IMG/VR virus record: IMGVR_UViG_3300032092_000009
Coordinates: 32,001 to 96,000 of that record
Source: a virus
Taxonomy: Duplodnaviria; Caudoviricetes
DNA length: 64,000 bases
Direction: 5' to 3' (one strand)
The notes beneath the pieces are model-generated. The model searched no databases. It was given only the letters and a program-made list of their open reading frames with translations, and was not told where the DNA came from. Below, piece after piece: positions 1 through 9,493 of the stretch (positions are counted from its first letter, which is position 1; the number at the start of each line of letters is the position of its first letter). Made by a program: the position numbers and the translations under genes.

Positions 1-2
1 AC

Positions 3-107
3 CAGAAACTAGGATTCCTAAAGTACGAAGGACAGTCAGCTAAAGGAACCTTCTTAGAAGACGGTTATATTTTAAACGAAGAAGGTCAATACATAGTATA
101 CGAATAA
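3..107 (+). CDS. 3' end of a truncated gene, probably a virion structural protein
   Basis: Frame 3 is open from the window edge to TAA at 105-107 (QKLGFLKYEGQSAKGTFLEDGYILNEEGQYIVYE). The YILNEEGQYI end resembles acidic C-terminal motifs of phage tail proteins. Confidence 0.6.
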   Translation, partial: QKLGFLKYEGQSAKGTFLEDGYILNEEGQYIVYE

Positions 108-119
108 ACAAAATTAGTT

Positions 120-728
120 ATGAATTATAAAGTTTCCCAACTACAACCCCTAACAGGACCTGAGATTGCGGGAGAAGACCTCTTATTATTAATAGATGTC
201 AATCCTACAACTGGAAACGTGCGTTCTAGGAAAGTTAAAGTAGAGGATTTGGTAGACTTTCGTCTTCTTAATTCTAGTTTAACAAATTTTGTGCTTCTGT
301 CAGGAGCATATGCTGATCCTTCTTTTATTACTTCGTTAGATTGGGCTAAAATAATAAACACTCCCGACACTCTAGACGGATACGGTATCACAGACGCCTA
401 CACTAAGACTGAAGTAGACGACCTTATCGACACCGTAACAGGTAACGAAGTGGTCTCTATGTCTATCACAGGAGCTGAAACTAAGACGTTAAATCTTCAC
501 CAAGCTGATGGAGATACTGTAAGTGTTTCATATACAGACACTTACACTTTTACTCAACCTACTCCTTCTGATACTTGGGTAGTAACCCACAACATGAACA
601 AATTTCCTTCTGTAAGTATCGTAGACTCAGCAGGAAACATCGTAGAAGGAGATACTATCTATAACACGTTAAACTCCTGTACTTTAACTTTTCAGGGATC
701 GTTCAGTGGTAAAGCTTACTTTAACTAA
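120..728 (+). CDS. Tail fibre-associated structural protein, 202 aa
   Basis: N-terminal KVSQL..DLLLLID..SRKVKV docking-type motif, tail fibre repeat PDTLDGYGITDAYTKTEVD, C-terminal WVVTHNMNKFPSVSIVD beta domain. Confidence 0.75.
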   Translation: MNYKVSQLQPLTGPEIAGEDLLLLIDVNPTTGNVRSRKVKVEDLVDFRLLNSSLTNFVLLSGAYADPSFITSLDWAKIINTPDTLDGYGITDAYTKTEVDDLIDTVTGNEVVSMSITGAETKTLNLHQADGDTVSVSYTDTYTFTQPTPSDTWVVTHNMNKFPSVSIVDSAGNIVEGDTIYNTLNSCTLTFQGSFSGKAYFN

Positions 729-766
729 AAACAAAATAAAATAAAAATAAATTAAACTAAATAGCT

Positions 767-2200
767 ATGGCAAAAAAATTCTTAACAGCGATAGACCTCA
801 ACAAATGCGAACTGCAGAATGCGGTCATCCAAAACTTAGGTACTGCACCTGGATCTCCCAATGCAGGTCAAATTTACTTCAACTCTACCACTGGAGACAA
901 ATCTATCTACTTCTATGACGGAACTGCGTGGGTAGACGTAGGGGGTGATTTAAGGTCGATTGTTGCAGGTAATGCTATCTCAGTATCTGGAACAAGAGAT
1001 ATTACCGTAAACGTCCTCTATGACAACTCTTCTATTGGATTAAACGGATCTAACCAACTTATTATTAAGGCAGGTGGTGTAACTAACACAATGTTGGTTA
1101 ACTCTTCTCTCTCAGTAGTTGCTGGTGCAGGTCTTACTGATGGAGGTTCTGTTGCTCTTGGAAGTTCTGTAACTCTTAACATTGGAGCAGGCACAGGTAT
1201 TACTGTAAATGCTGACAGCGTTCAGTTGGACACCAGTTCTACTCGTAACACTGATCACTCTGCAGTTACATTGACAGCAGGTGCAGGTTTGACAGGTGGT
1301 GGAGATATTACAGCTTCTCGTACTTTTGCAGTAGGTGCAGGAACAGGTATCACAGTTAACGCAGATGACATTGCGATTACTGGTGCTGGTGCATTGACTA
1401 ACAACTACTTAACTAAGTGGAACGGAACTGGCTTTGCTAACTCTACTATTACAGATGACGGAACTACTGTAACTATTGGAGGTAACTTAACAGTTAACGG
1501 TAACATTACTTACGTTAACTCTAACACAGTTGAAATCGGTGACTCTATTATTCTTCTTAACAGAGATGAAACTGCTGCTCCTTCACAGAACGGTGGTATT
1601 GAAATCGAACGTGGAACAGCAACTAACGTTTCTTTCATCTGGAACGAAACTAATGACTACTGGTCTACTGTAACTGAGCCTTTCCATATTGGTTCTATTG
1701 CTGACGCTACCTCTGCTTACACAGGTAACAAATACTTGGTAAGTGACGGAGGTGTAGTTAAATACTTGAGTGCTGCTGACTTGGCAGGCGATGTAGTAAC
1801 AGGTATTACAGTTACAGGCTCTAACGGAGTTTCTGTTTCTGGTTCTGGAACTACCACTATTGCTATCTCTGGTACTAACGCTACTACAAGTGCAGTCGGA
1901 GTTGTTGAATTGGCTACTACAGCCGAAGCTTTGGCTATGGCAAGTTCTACTTTGGTAGTTACTCCTGCAGGTTTGGCCGCTTTGCGTTATGCAGTAACTG
2001 GTCCAGCTACTTTAGCTTCTTCTTTGGTAGTGACTCACAACTTGGGTACTAGTGATGTTATCGTACAAGTTTACGAAGTAGCTACAGGAGCTGATGTAGA
2101 GTGTGATGTAGTACGTACAACTACTAACGTAGTTACTCTAGGATTCTGTACTCCTCAAGCAATCAATAGCTTGAGAGTATTGGTAATCAAGATTGCTTAA
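767..2200 (+). CDS. Tail/head fibre protein, 477 aa
   Basis: Gly/Thr/Val-rich. Repeats AGAGLT.GG and GAGTGITVNAD, GQIYFNS..FYDGTAW motif, C-terminal VTHNLGTSDVIVQVY domain similar to the previous gene. Strong codon bias. Confidence 0.8.
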   Translation: MAKKFLTAIDLNKCELQNAVIQNLGTAPGSPNAGQIYFNSTTGDKSIYFYDGTAWVDVGGDLRSIVAGNAISVSGTRDITVNVLYDNSSIGLNGSNQLIIKAGGVTNTMLVNSSLSVVAGAGLTDGGSVALGSSVTLNIGAGTGITVNADSVQLDTSSTRNTDHSAVTLTAGAGLTGGGDITASRTFAVGAGTGITVNADDIAITGAGALTNNYLTKWNGTGFANSTITDDGTTVTIGGNLTVNGNITYVNSNTVEIGDSIILLNRDETAAPSQNGGIEIERGTATNVSFIWNETNDYWSTVTEPFHIGSIADATSAYTGNKYLVSDGGVVKYLSAADLAGDVVTGITVTGSNGVSVSGSGTTTIAISGTNATTSAVGVVELATTAEALAMASSTLVVTPAGLAALRYAVTGPATLASSLVVTHNLGTSDVIVQVYEVATGADVECDVVRTTTNVVTLGFCTPQAINSLRVLVIKIA

Positions 2201-2222
2201 TTTAATTAATATCTTATCTTTG
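2193..2222 (+). promoter_or_regulatory. Bacteroidota-type primary sigma promoter (-33/-7)
   Basis: TTG 2193-2195, 19 nt spacer, TATCTTTG 2215-2222; matches TTG-N19-TAnnTTTG. Confidence 0.65.
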
Positions 2223-2252
2223 CTAGGGGCCTAAAAACCCCTAGCTTTTTTT
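2222..2252 (+). terminator. Intrinsic terminator
   Basis: Stem GCTAGGGG/CCCCTAGC (8 bp), 8 nt loop, then T7. Confidence 0.85.
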
Positions 2253-2268
2253 GATTCTAAACAAACAC

Positions 2269-5200
2269 ATGAAGTCACTCAGCAGCAAAACCTACCAATG
2301 TGGAGTAACCATACAAGGTTTAACTACTCTTGCAGGAACTACTTATCTTACAGGAATAACCAATACAACTAGTTGGGAACACGTCATTGTAGGCACAACA
2401 GCCCAAGGACAGATTTACACTAGAACTTACGCTCAGTTTATGACTGACGTAGCTACAGGAATAGGTTTGAGTGGCTATGTTCCTACTTCTAGAACTCTGT
2501 CTATTAACGGAACTACTTACGATCTTACAGCTAATAGAAGCTGGACAATTGATACAGTTGCCTACACTTCTAGATTGCAACACCAAGTTAAAGCTGGTGT
2601 AGCAATTAATAAGGGTCAAGCAGTTTATGTAACAAGTGCAGATGGAACCAATATGATTGTTGGTTTGGCTTCTAATGCTTCTGAGGCTACTTCTAGTAAG
2701 ACTATGGGTCTTTTAGATGCCACAGTTGTTATTAACGGTTTTGCTAACGTAGTTACAGAAGGTCTTTTAGCAGGATTAGATACCTCAACAGCAGGTTCTG
2801 AGGGTGATCCTGTATGGCTAGGAACAGGTGGTAACTTGATTTATGGCCTAATTAATAAACCTTACGCTCCTGCTCACTTAGTTTTTATTGGTATTGTAAC
2901 CCGTAAAAACATCAATAACGGAGAGATTTTTGTAAAAGTTCAGAATGGATTCGAACTAAATGAAATTCATGACGTAGATTTAAAGACCACAGTGCCAGTA
3001 AACGGGCATATTCTTGGTTTTGATGGAACTCTTTGGGTAAATAAAACAATTGCAGGTTGGTTAGGATACACTCCAGCTAACGCAAGTGGTACTACTAACT
3101 ATCTTTCTAAGTTCACAGGAGCTAATACTCTAGGAAATTCTAAGATTGTAGATAACGGTAGTAACATTCAGTTCTTAGTAAACTCCCAGAATGCAAACTC
3201 TAAGTTTTATATGTCTCCTGTACACTCAGATGGACGTATTAATCTTAATGCAGTAGCTGGAACTAATGACTACACTATCTTAAGAACTTGGCATACAGGA
3301 AACACTGTAGGTCTAGGAAATGGTTCTACTTTTGGGTCTGCTTTGAGTACGTATTATGATTCTGTTCTTATAGGAACTAGTGGTGCTCTTTACTTTATGA
3401 ATGGTACTTTTGGACCATTAAACGTACCCTATCGTTTAGGAATTACTACAAGTTCTACAATTACTTACTTTAGTACTGGTGTTGAGAACAATACAACTAA
3501 CTTAGAGTCTAATGCTTTTCAATTTACAGCTAAAGCTCATACTTTTTATACAGGAACTACTACTGGTAATCAATCTAGCCCTAATCAGTATACTCCTCTT
3601 TTCCTTTCTACTGCAGGTAACGTAGTAGTAGGAAGTACAACAGATTCAGGTTATAAGTTGGATGTAGCGGGAACTGGAAGGTTTACAGGTAACCTTACCG
3701 TAAGTACAGGTGGATCAGGAACAAATACATTTAATGGAAACGTAAACTATTTATTTGCTAACCAAAATAATGTTTATGGATTAGTAGATCTGCAAAACGC
3801 AGCAGGTCAAAGCGTATTTTTTAAAGTAACAGGTACTCCAACCGCAGGAACTGGCTTTGATTATTTTTGGATATCAGGAACAACCACATCTAGTACCGTA
3901 GGAACTGTTAGGAATATATTCAATGTATCTCCTACCTATAACTTAACAGGAGCATTTACTGGAATAATGAGGGGATTTTATTACAATCCTACATTAACTT
4001 CTATGACTGGTGCGACTCACAGAGGAGTAGAAATTGCTTCAGGAGATTTTGTTTGGGGTAACGGGTACTCTTCAATTTATGGAGACAGTATTGAAGGATT
4101 TGTACAGTTTCAATCTTCAGGTAATAGTACTAAGATCTGGATAAGACCCTCAAGTAACCAAGGAGGATTTAATGGTAATTACTGGGGTTATCTAGAAAAC
4201 TCAGGATATACTACTACTCTTAAGTCAGGCGGATATCAAGATTTAAGTCTAGCTGGTGAATCTATTCGATTCAAGAATCAACACCTAGTTGAGCATGCAA
4301 GATTTGCCTCAAGCACTAATAACTTTTTAATTGGAACAGCTACTGATAGTGGATATAAACTAGACGTTAACGGAACAGCAAGAATAAACTCAAGTTTATA
4401 TGTAACTGATCCTGCTTATACAGGTGCTGGACGTTTTTACCAAGCTGCAAATGCTACTACGATTATTAGTGGTGGTCCTGCTGGTGAAAACATTACATTT
4501 GGTCCTTCTAACAGAGTCTTTATTAACGCTGGACAAAGTCGTTTTCCAGGGGGGTCTGTACAGATAGCAGCGTCACTTACTTTGGGTAGCTTAAATGCCA
4601 CTGGTACTAATATGCTTCTAATGCAAGGAAGCGTTACTGCTGGATCTGCTCTTGGAAGAGGTATAGGTATGGAGACTAGTTTGATAGCGGCTGCTAATAA
4701 TGACGTATTAGTAGGTTTAGATGTCAATCCTACATTTACTAACGGAGCTTTTACAGGAGTAACAAACTATGGAGCAAGAATTACTTCAAGTATTGGAAGC
4801 GATGGAACAAATCTTTACAGTGGATTTGTAACAAGAATACAGAACACTAAAGACTACGATAACGTAAATGGTGTTCTTCTTTTGGTTAATCAGAATGGAG
4901 GTGTACCAGGATATTTCATAAGAGCCGTAAATGCACAAGGAGGAGGTCAAACTAGATTCTATGTTGATGGAACTGGTGGACTTTATAGCATTGGAAATGG
5001 AACTTTTGGAGGAGATGTAGTAACTACTAAAGTACGTTGGAATACTGATGGAGATGGTTGGATTGGTGATGGAGGATTAGATGGTACGTTCATGGTTGTT
5101 ACTAATGGAACAGAACGTTACAGAGTAACTCCTAATGGAAATCTTCTTATTGGAACGACTACAGACTCTGGATATAAGTTAGACGTAGAGGGTAATGTTA

Positions 5201-8200
5201 GACTTGGTGTAGGATATCAATTATACTTTAATAACTCAAACGTAGGAATTTATAGGGACTCGAATACTTTACGACTTGGAGGATTTGGCGGAGTTGAGAT
5301 TCTTTCGTCTGCTACTAACATTTCCTCACAGTCAATACGAATGAAAGTATTTGATACTGGAAACGTTGCGATAGGTACAACTATAGATTCAGGTTATAAA
5401 TTTGATGTTAATGGAAGTGCTAGAGTAAAAGGCAGTAGTTTAACTATATCTGCTTCAGGAGTTTCTTCTCCCCCTCCAGCAAACTATGTAGCTCTTAATT
5501 TTGATGATTCTCCTAATCACCATGAAAACTGGTTTGCTATCAATAGTAAAAAGGATATACCTGGATTTGGTACAAACTATGATAGGATTATTTTCCCTAC
5601 CATGGGTAATGATAGTTCTACTTGGCAATTTAACGCCTTAGGTACTTATAGTAGAATTCAAATTTCAGCAAGAAATAGTACTTCAGGAAACTATCTAGAC
5701 CTAACTAATTCATCAATTTCTTTTTGTGCACCATGGACTGTTGCTAGTATAGATCGTACTAATCGTAAACTTGTTTTTGGTAACATGTCTACTGACGTGC
5801 ACCACTTACCTGTGTATGACCTTGTTATTAAGGGTGCACAGCCTTTTGAGTCAAATTACGGATATTCTAATGGTGGTAACGTAGTTATCTATGGAGGAAC
5901 ACCTTCTACTACACCTGTAGGAAACTATGGTAATGTAATACTTGCTCACGATGGAACAGCTGCAAGAGGATATGTAGGAATAGGTACTACTTCACCTACT
6001 CAACTGTTACACGTAGCAGGAAACTTAAGACTTACAGGAGCTTTCTATGACTCTAATAACTCTGCAGGTACAGCAGGACAGATTCTTAAATCTACAGCAA
6101 CTGGTACAGACTGGGTAAGTCTAAGCGAAATTACAGGAGTAGATGGGACAGGTACAGCCAACTATTTGGCTAAGTGGAGTGATGCAGATACTATTACTAC
6201 GTCTTTAATTTATGATAACGGTACAAATATAACTGTAGGAACCTCTACAGGTACTGTATATCTAAATTCAAATATTGGATCTGGAGCTGCTGTTGATATT
6301 AATGGTCAATACAAATTCTACTATGCACAGTTACAGGGTAATGGTTCTGCCTACTTTACAACTTACGTAACTGTAGGTGCTACTGGCAACTTAGGTGCAA
6401 CTTTAAACGTTAAAGGAGCAGGTGCTACCTCTAGTACTAAATCTCTTTATATTGCTAACAGTGATAACACTAGGACTTTATCTTATACAGACGATGGAAA
6501 GTTAACTTTATCTAATGGAACCTATACTACTAAGTGGTACACAGGAAGTGGTTACAGTCCTACATTAGAGTTCTCTGCACAAGGAAATATTACTTGGGGT
6601 AATGGAGCGATTTTTAAATTTTATGGTACAGGCGATACTACCGAGTATAGACTAGAAAATGGAACTTTTCACACTACTAACTCTCAAGCAAGATTCTATG
6701 CAGGTGGTTCAGGTTATCTTGGATTTGAAACAATAGGAGCTACTACTGCTTATGATGCAATTGGTGCAGTATTTACAGACAATAATACTGTAAGTCTAAG
6801 ATTCTTCTACAAGAACACTGCCTCTGATATAGAGGGAATGAGACTTACTTCTAATGGAAACTTCTTAGTAGGAACTACAACTGACTCTGGATACAAGTTA
6901 GATGTCAATGGTACTGCGAGAATTCAAGGAAACTTGACAGTAAGTTCTGGAAATCAATTGCGTCTAAATGATTCAACAAATGCTAATACTGCTACTATTT
7001 CTTACTCATCAACAGGTCAACAAGGACCTGGGGTAGTAAGTGCATGGGGAGGAAATGGTGTATTTGGTTGGAATAACTCAGTGTTTAACTTACTTCATGC
7101 AGGAACAGGCAATGATGTTATTCTCTTAAACAGAAGTGTACTATCTGCAGGCACTACTTCTGGAAATGCTTTGTGGCTTACAGGATATGGTTCATTTGCT
7201 CCTACTACAGGAACAAACTCCTTCAATGCAGTAAATATAGGCACTACCTATAATGCAACAGGAGGTACAAGTACTATTAGAGGAATCTACTACAATCCTG
7301 TACTAACATCAATGACTGGTGTTACTCATAGAGCTATTGAGACAGTAACAGGTGACGTACTGTTTGCTACTACAAGTGGTAGTGTAGGCATAGGAACAAC
7401 TAGTCCTGCTGGTTCTCTGCATATACAAAAAAATAATAGCAATTTCTCAACAGAAGCTATTAAGATAACAGGTACTCCTTTATCTAATGTTACCGATGGA
7501 ACAAGTGCTACTGAAGGTTATGGACTTTATTTGTCTTATAATGTATCAGGTAATAGACAATTTGTTTTTGCAGACACTGTTTCTGGTGCAGGTGTTAGGT
7601 ATATTGGTAACAATCTTGATGGTTTTAATAAAATTACACAATCAAGAGCTGACATAACTATTGGTACAGAAACTAATGGAGCTCACATTGGTATACCAGT
7701 AAGTAATACTCAATTCTCTGCTTCTAATCTTAGTGGAACTGCATCTAAGATTGTAACAGAAATAAAAGGAGCAGCTTCTCAATCTGGAAATTACTTAAAT
7801 GTTTCTAGCTCAAGTGGAACTGGTGACATTCTCTCAATACTAAGTACAGGAAATGTTGGTATTGGTACAACTAGTCCAGCATACAAATTACATGTTAAAA
7901 GTGACACTGACGTAGTTCAAGTAATAGAAAGTACAACTGATGTAACCTATACACAGTATTATAACTTAAGTTCAGGTACTGGTGGATCAGGAAACGGCTT
8001 AACAATAGGATTAAATACAACAAGTGCTTTAGTTTGGTATAGAGAAGCAGGGGATCTATTATTAGGTACTAACAATACTGAACGTGTACGCATACTTGCA
8101 GGTGGCAATGTAGGTATTGGTGTCACTACTCCACTAGATAGTCTCCAAGTTAAAGACGTTATTTCTATTGGATCAGTAGGAAATGCTGGTATTCTTTATC

Positions 8201-9450
8201 TAAGAAGACCTTCGGATGGAGCTGTATTGGGTAAGTTTTATAACTCAGGAAACTATACAATACTCCAAGAAAGCCAAGGTGCAGGTGGTATACTACAGAC
8301 TGGATATGGAACGACTTCTTTAAAGTGGTCTGGAATTAGTGGAAATCCAAGAGTAGGTATTGGTTTTGATGGAACTTTACTAGCTACTGCACATATTCAA
8401 GGGGCTGGATCAAGTTCTTCTACTACTTCTTTGTTAGTTCAGAATAGTAGTGGAGCATCAATGCTTCAAGTGCGTGATGATAACTTTACAGTAATTGGAC
8501 CTAATGGATTAGCAATAGATAACTTTAACTGTGTTTTATATAGAACAAGTTTTAATAGTCAGTCTATTTCTTTTCACGGCTCTCGTTTAAGTTTTGCGGA
8601 TGCAACAGGATTTGTATTTAGTAACGATTATATTTCAACTCCTGCAGCAAGTGCTATTTTTGATATACAGTCTACTACAAAAGGTTTCTTACAGCCAAGA
8701 CTCACAACTACTCAGAAAAATGCTATCTCTACTCCTGCTACGGGTCTTCAAGTTTACGACTCTACTTTAAATAAAAATGCTTTATATAACGGAAGTGTTT
8801 GGCAAAGTATAGCAACTGAAACTTGGGTTACTTCTCAGGCTTATGTTCCTCAAGCAAGAACGCTTACTATTAATGGAACAACCTATGATCTAAGTGCAAA
8901 CAGAAGTTGGACCATAGCAACTACAACTCCAGGAGGATCTGATACACAATTCCAGTACAATAGTTCTGGAACATTGGCAGGAGCTTCTGCGCTTACTTAC
9001 AACTCTGCCACTAACAGAGTAGGTATTAACCAAGCATCCCCAGGATATGACTTAGACGTAAATGGTCAAGTAAGAGTACAAGATAAACTAAGAGTAGGTA
9101 ATGTTAACTCTGGTAACGGAGTAGTACACATGTCTTCTACTACTACTATTAATCCTAGTGCTACTACTATTGTTTGGTCTCAGAACGTAAGCGTAGGTAT
9201 GTGTGCGTTTATCGAATATTATATTTTGAATAACAACACAACTACAGATCAAAGAGCAGGTACAATCATGGTTACTTGGAATCAGTCAGGAACGCCTACA
9301 ATTGCTCACACTGAAACAACTACACCTGACATAGGGTCAACTACCCCTGTGGTCTTTACAAGTTCTCTAGTGGGCTCAGATGCACGAATTAACGCAGTTA
9401 ATGCTAGTTCTGCTCCTTACACCATAGTAATGAACTACAGATATTTCTAA
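2269..9450 (+). CDS. Giant mosaic tail fibre protein, ~2393 aa
   Basis: ATG 2269 after an A-rich leader is preferred over TTG 2251, which lies in the terminator. Five T.DSGYK(L/F)DV.G repeats, several G(N/S/Y)VGIGTTSP repeats, duplicated RTL.INGTTYDL.ANRSWTI; Gly/Thr/Ser/Asn-rich. Confidence 0.85.
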   Translation: MKSLSSKTYQCGVTIQGLTTLAGTTYLTGITNTTSWEHVIVGTTAQGQIYTRTYAQFMTDVATGIGLSGYVPTSRTLSINGTTYDLTANRSWTIDTVAYTSRLQHQVKAGVAINKGQAVYVTSADGTNMIVGLASNASEATSSKTMGLLDATVVINGFANVVTEGLLAGLDTSTAGSEGDPVWLGTGGNLIYGLINKPYAPAHLVFIGIVTRKNINNGEIFVKVQNGFELNEIHDVDLKTTVPVNGHILGFDGTLWVNKTIAGWLGYTPANASGTTNYLSKFTGANTLGNSKIVDNGSNIQFLVNSQNANSKFYMSPVHSDGRINLNAVAGTNDYTILRTWHTGNTVGLGNGSTFGSALSTYYDSVLIGTSGALYFMNGTFGPLNVPYRLGITTSSTITYFSTGVENNTTNLESNAFQFTAKAHTFYTGTTTGNQSSPNQYTPLFLSTAGNVVVGSTTDSGYKLDVAGTGRFTGNLTVSTGGSGTNTFNGNVNYLFANQNNVYGLVDLQNAAGQSVFFKVTGTPTAGTGFDYFWISGTTTSSTVGTVRNIFNVSPTYNLTGAFTGIMRGFYYNPTLTSMTGATHRGVEIASGDFVWGNGYSSIYGDSIEGFVQFQSSGNSTKIWIRPSSNQGGFNGNYWGYLENSGYTTTLKSGGYQDLSLAGESIRFKNQHLVEHARFASSTNNFLIGTATDSGYKLDVNGTARINSSLYVTDPAYTGAGRFYQAANATTIISGGPAGENITFGPSNRVFINAGQSRFPGGSVQIAASLTLGSLNATGTNMLLMQGSVTAGSALGRGIGMETSLIAAANNDVLVGLDVNPTFTNGAFTGVTNYGARITSSIGSDGTNLYSGFVTRIQNTKDYDNVNGVLLLVNQNGGVPGYFIRAVNAQGGGQTRFYVDGTGGLYSIGNGTFGGDVVTTKVRWNTDGDGWIGDGGLDGTFMVVTNGTERYRVTPNGNLLIGTTTDSGYKLDVEGNVRLGVGYQLYFNNSNVGIYRDSNTLRLGGFGGVEILSSATNISSQSIRMKVFDTGNVAIGTTIDSGYKFDVNGSARVKGSSLTISASGVSSPPPANYVALNFDDSPNHHENWFAINSKKDIPGFGTNYDRIIFPTMGNDSSTWQFNALGTYSRIQISARNSTSGNYLDLTNSSISFCAPWTVASIDRTNRKLVFGNMSTDVHHLPVYDLVIKGAQPFESNYGYSNGGNVVIYGGTPSTTPVGNYGNVILAHDGTAARGYVGIGTTSPTQLLHVAGNLRLTGAFYDSNNSAGTAGQILKSTATGTDWVSLSEITGVDGTGTANYLAKWSDADTITTSLIYDNGTNITVGTSTGTVYLNSNIGSGAAVDINGQYKFYYAQLQGNGSAYFTTYVTVGATGNLGATLNVKGAGATSSTKSLYIANSDNTRTLSYTDDGKLTLSNGTYTTKWYTGSGYSPTLEFSAQGNITWGNGAIFKFYGTGDTTEYRLENGTFHTTNSQARFYAGGSGYLGFETIGATTAYDAIGAVFTDNNTVSLRFFYKNTASDIEGMRLTSNGNFLVGTTTDSGYKLDVNGTARIQGNLTVSSGNQLRLNDSTNANTATISYSSTGQQGPGVVSAWGGNGVFGWNNSVFNLLHAGTGNDVILLNRSVLSAGTTSGNALWLTGYGSFAPTTGTNSFNAVNIGTTYNATGGTSTIRGIYYNPVLTSMTGVTHRAIETVTGDVLFATTSGSVGIGTTSPAGSLHIQKNNSNFSTEAIKITGTPLSNVTDGTSATEGYGLYLSYNVSGNRQFVFADTVSGAGVRYIGNNLDGFNKITQSRADITIGTETNGAHIGIPVSNTQFSASNLSGTASKIVTEIKGAASQSGNYLNVSSSSGTGDILSILSTGNVGIGTTSPAYKLHVKSDTDVVQVIESTTDVTYTQYYNLSSGTGGSGNGLTIGLNTTSALVWYREAGDLLLGTNNTERVRILAGGNVGIGVTTPLDSLQVKDVISIGSVGNAGILYLRRPSDGAVLGKFYNSGNYTILQESQGAGGILQTGYGTTSLKWSGISGNPRVGIGFDGTLLATAHIQGAGSSSSTTSLLVQNSSGASMLQVRDDNFTVIGPNGLAIDNFNCVLYRTSFNSQSISFHGSRLSFADATGFVFSNDYISTPAASAIFDIQSTTKGFLQPRLTTTQKNAISTPATGLQVYDSTLNKNALYNGSVWQSIATETWVTSQAYVPQARTLTINGTTYDLSANRSWTIATTTPGGSDTQFQYNSSGTLAGASALTYNSATNRVGINQASPGYDLDVNGQVRVQDKLRVGNVNSGNGVVHMSSTTTINPSATTIVWSQNVSVGMCAFIEYYILNNNTTTDQRAGTIMVTWNQSGTPTIAHTETTTPDIGSTTPVVFTSSLVGSDARINAVNASSAPYTIVMNYRYF

Positions 9451-9493
9451 AATACAGATTATACACATTGTTGGATAGTGAAAACAATAAAAA

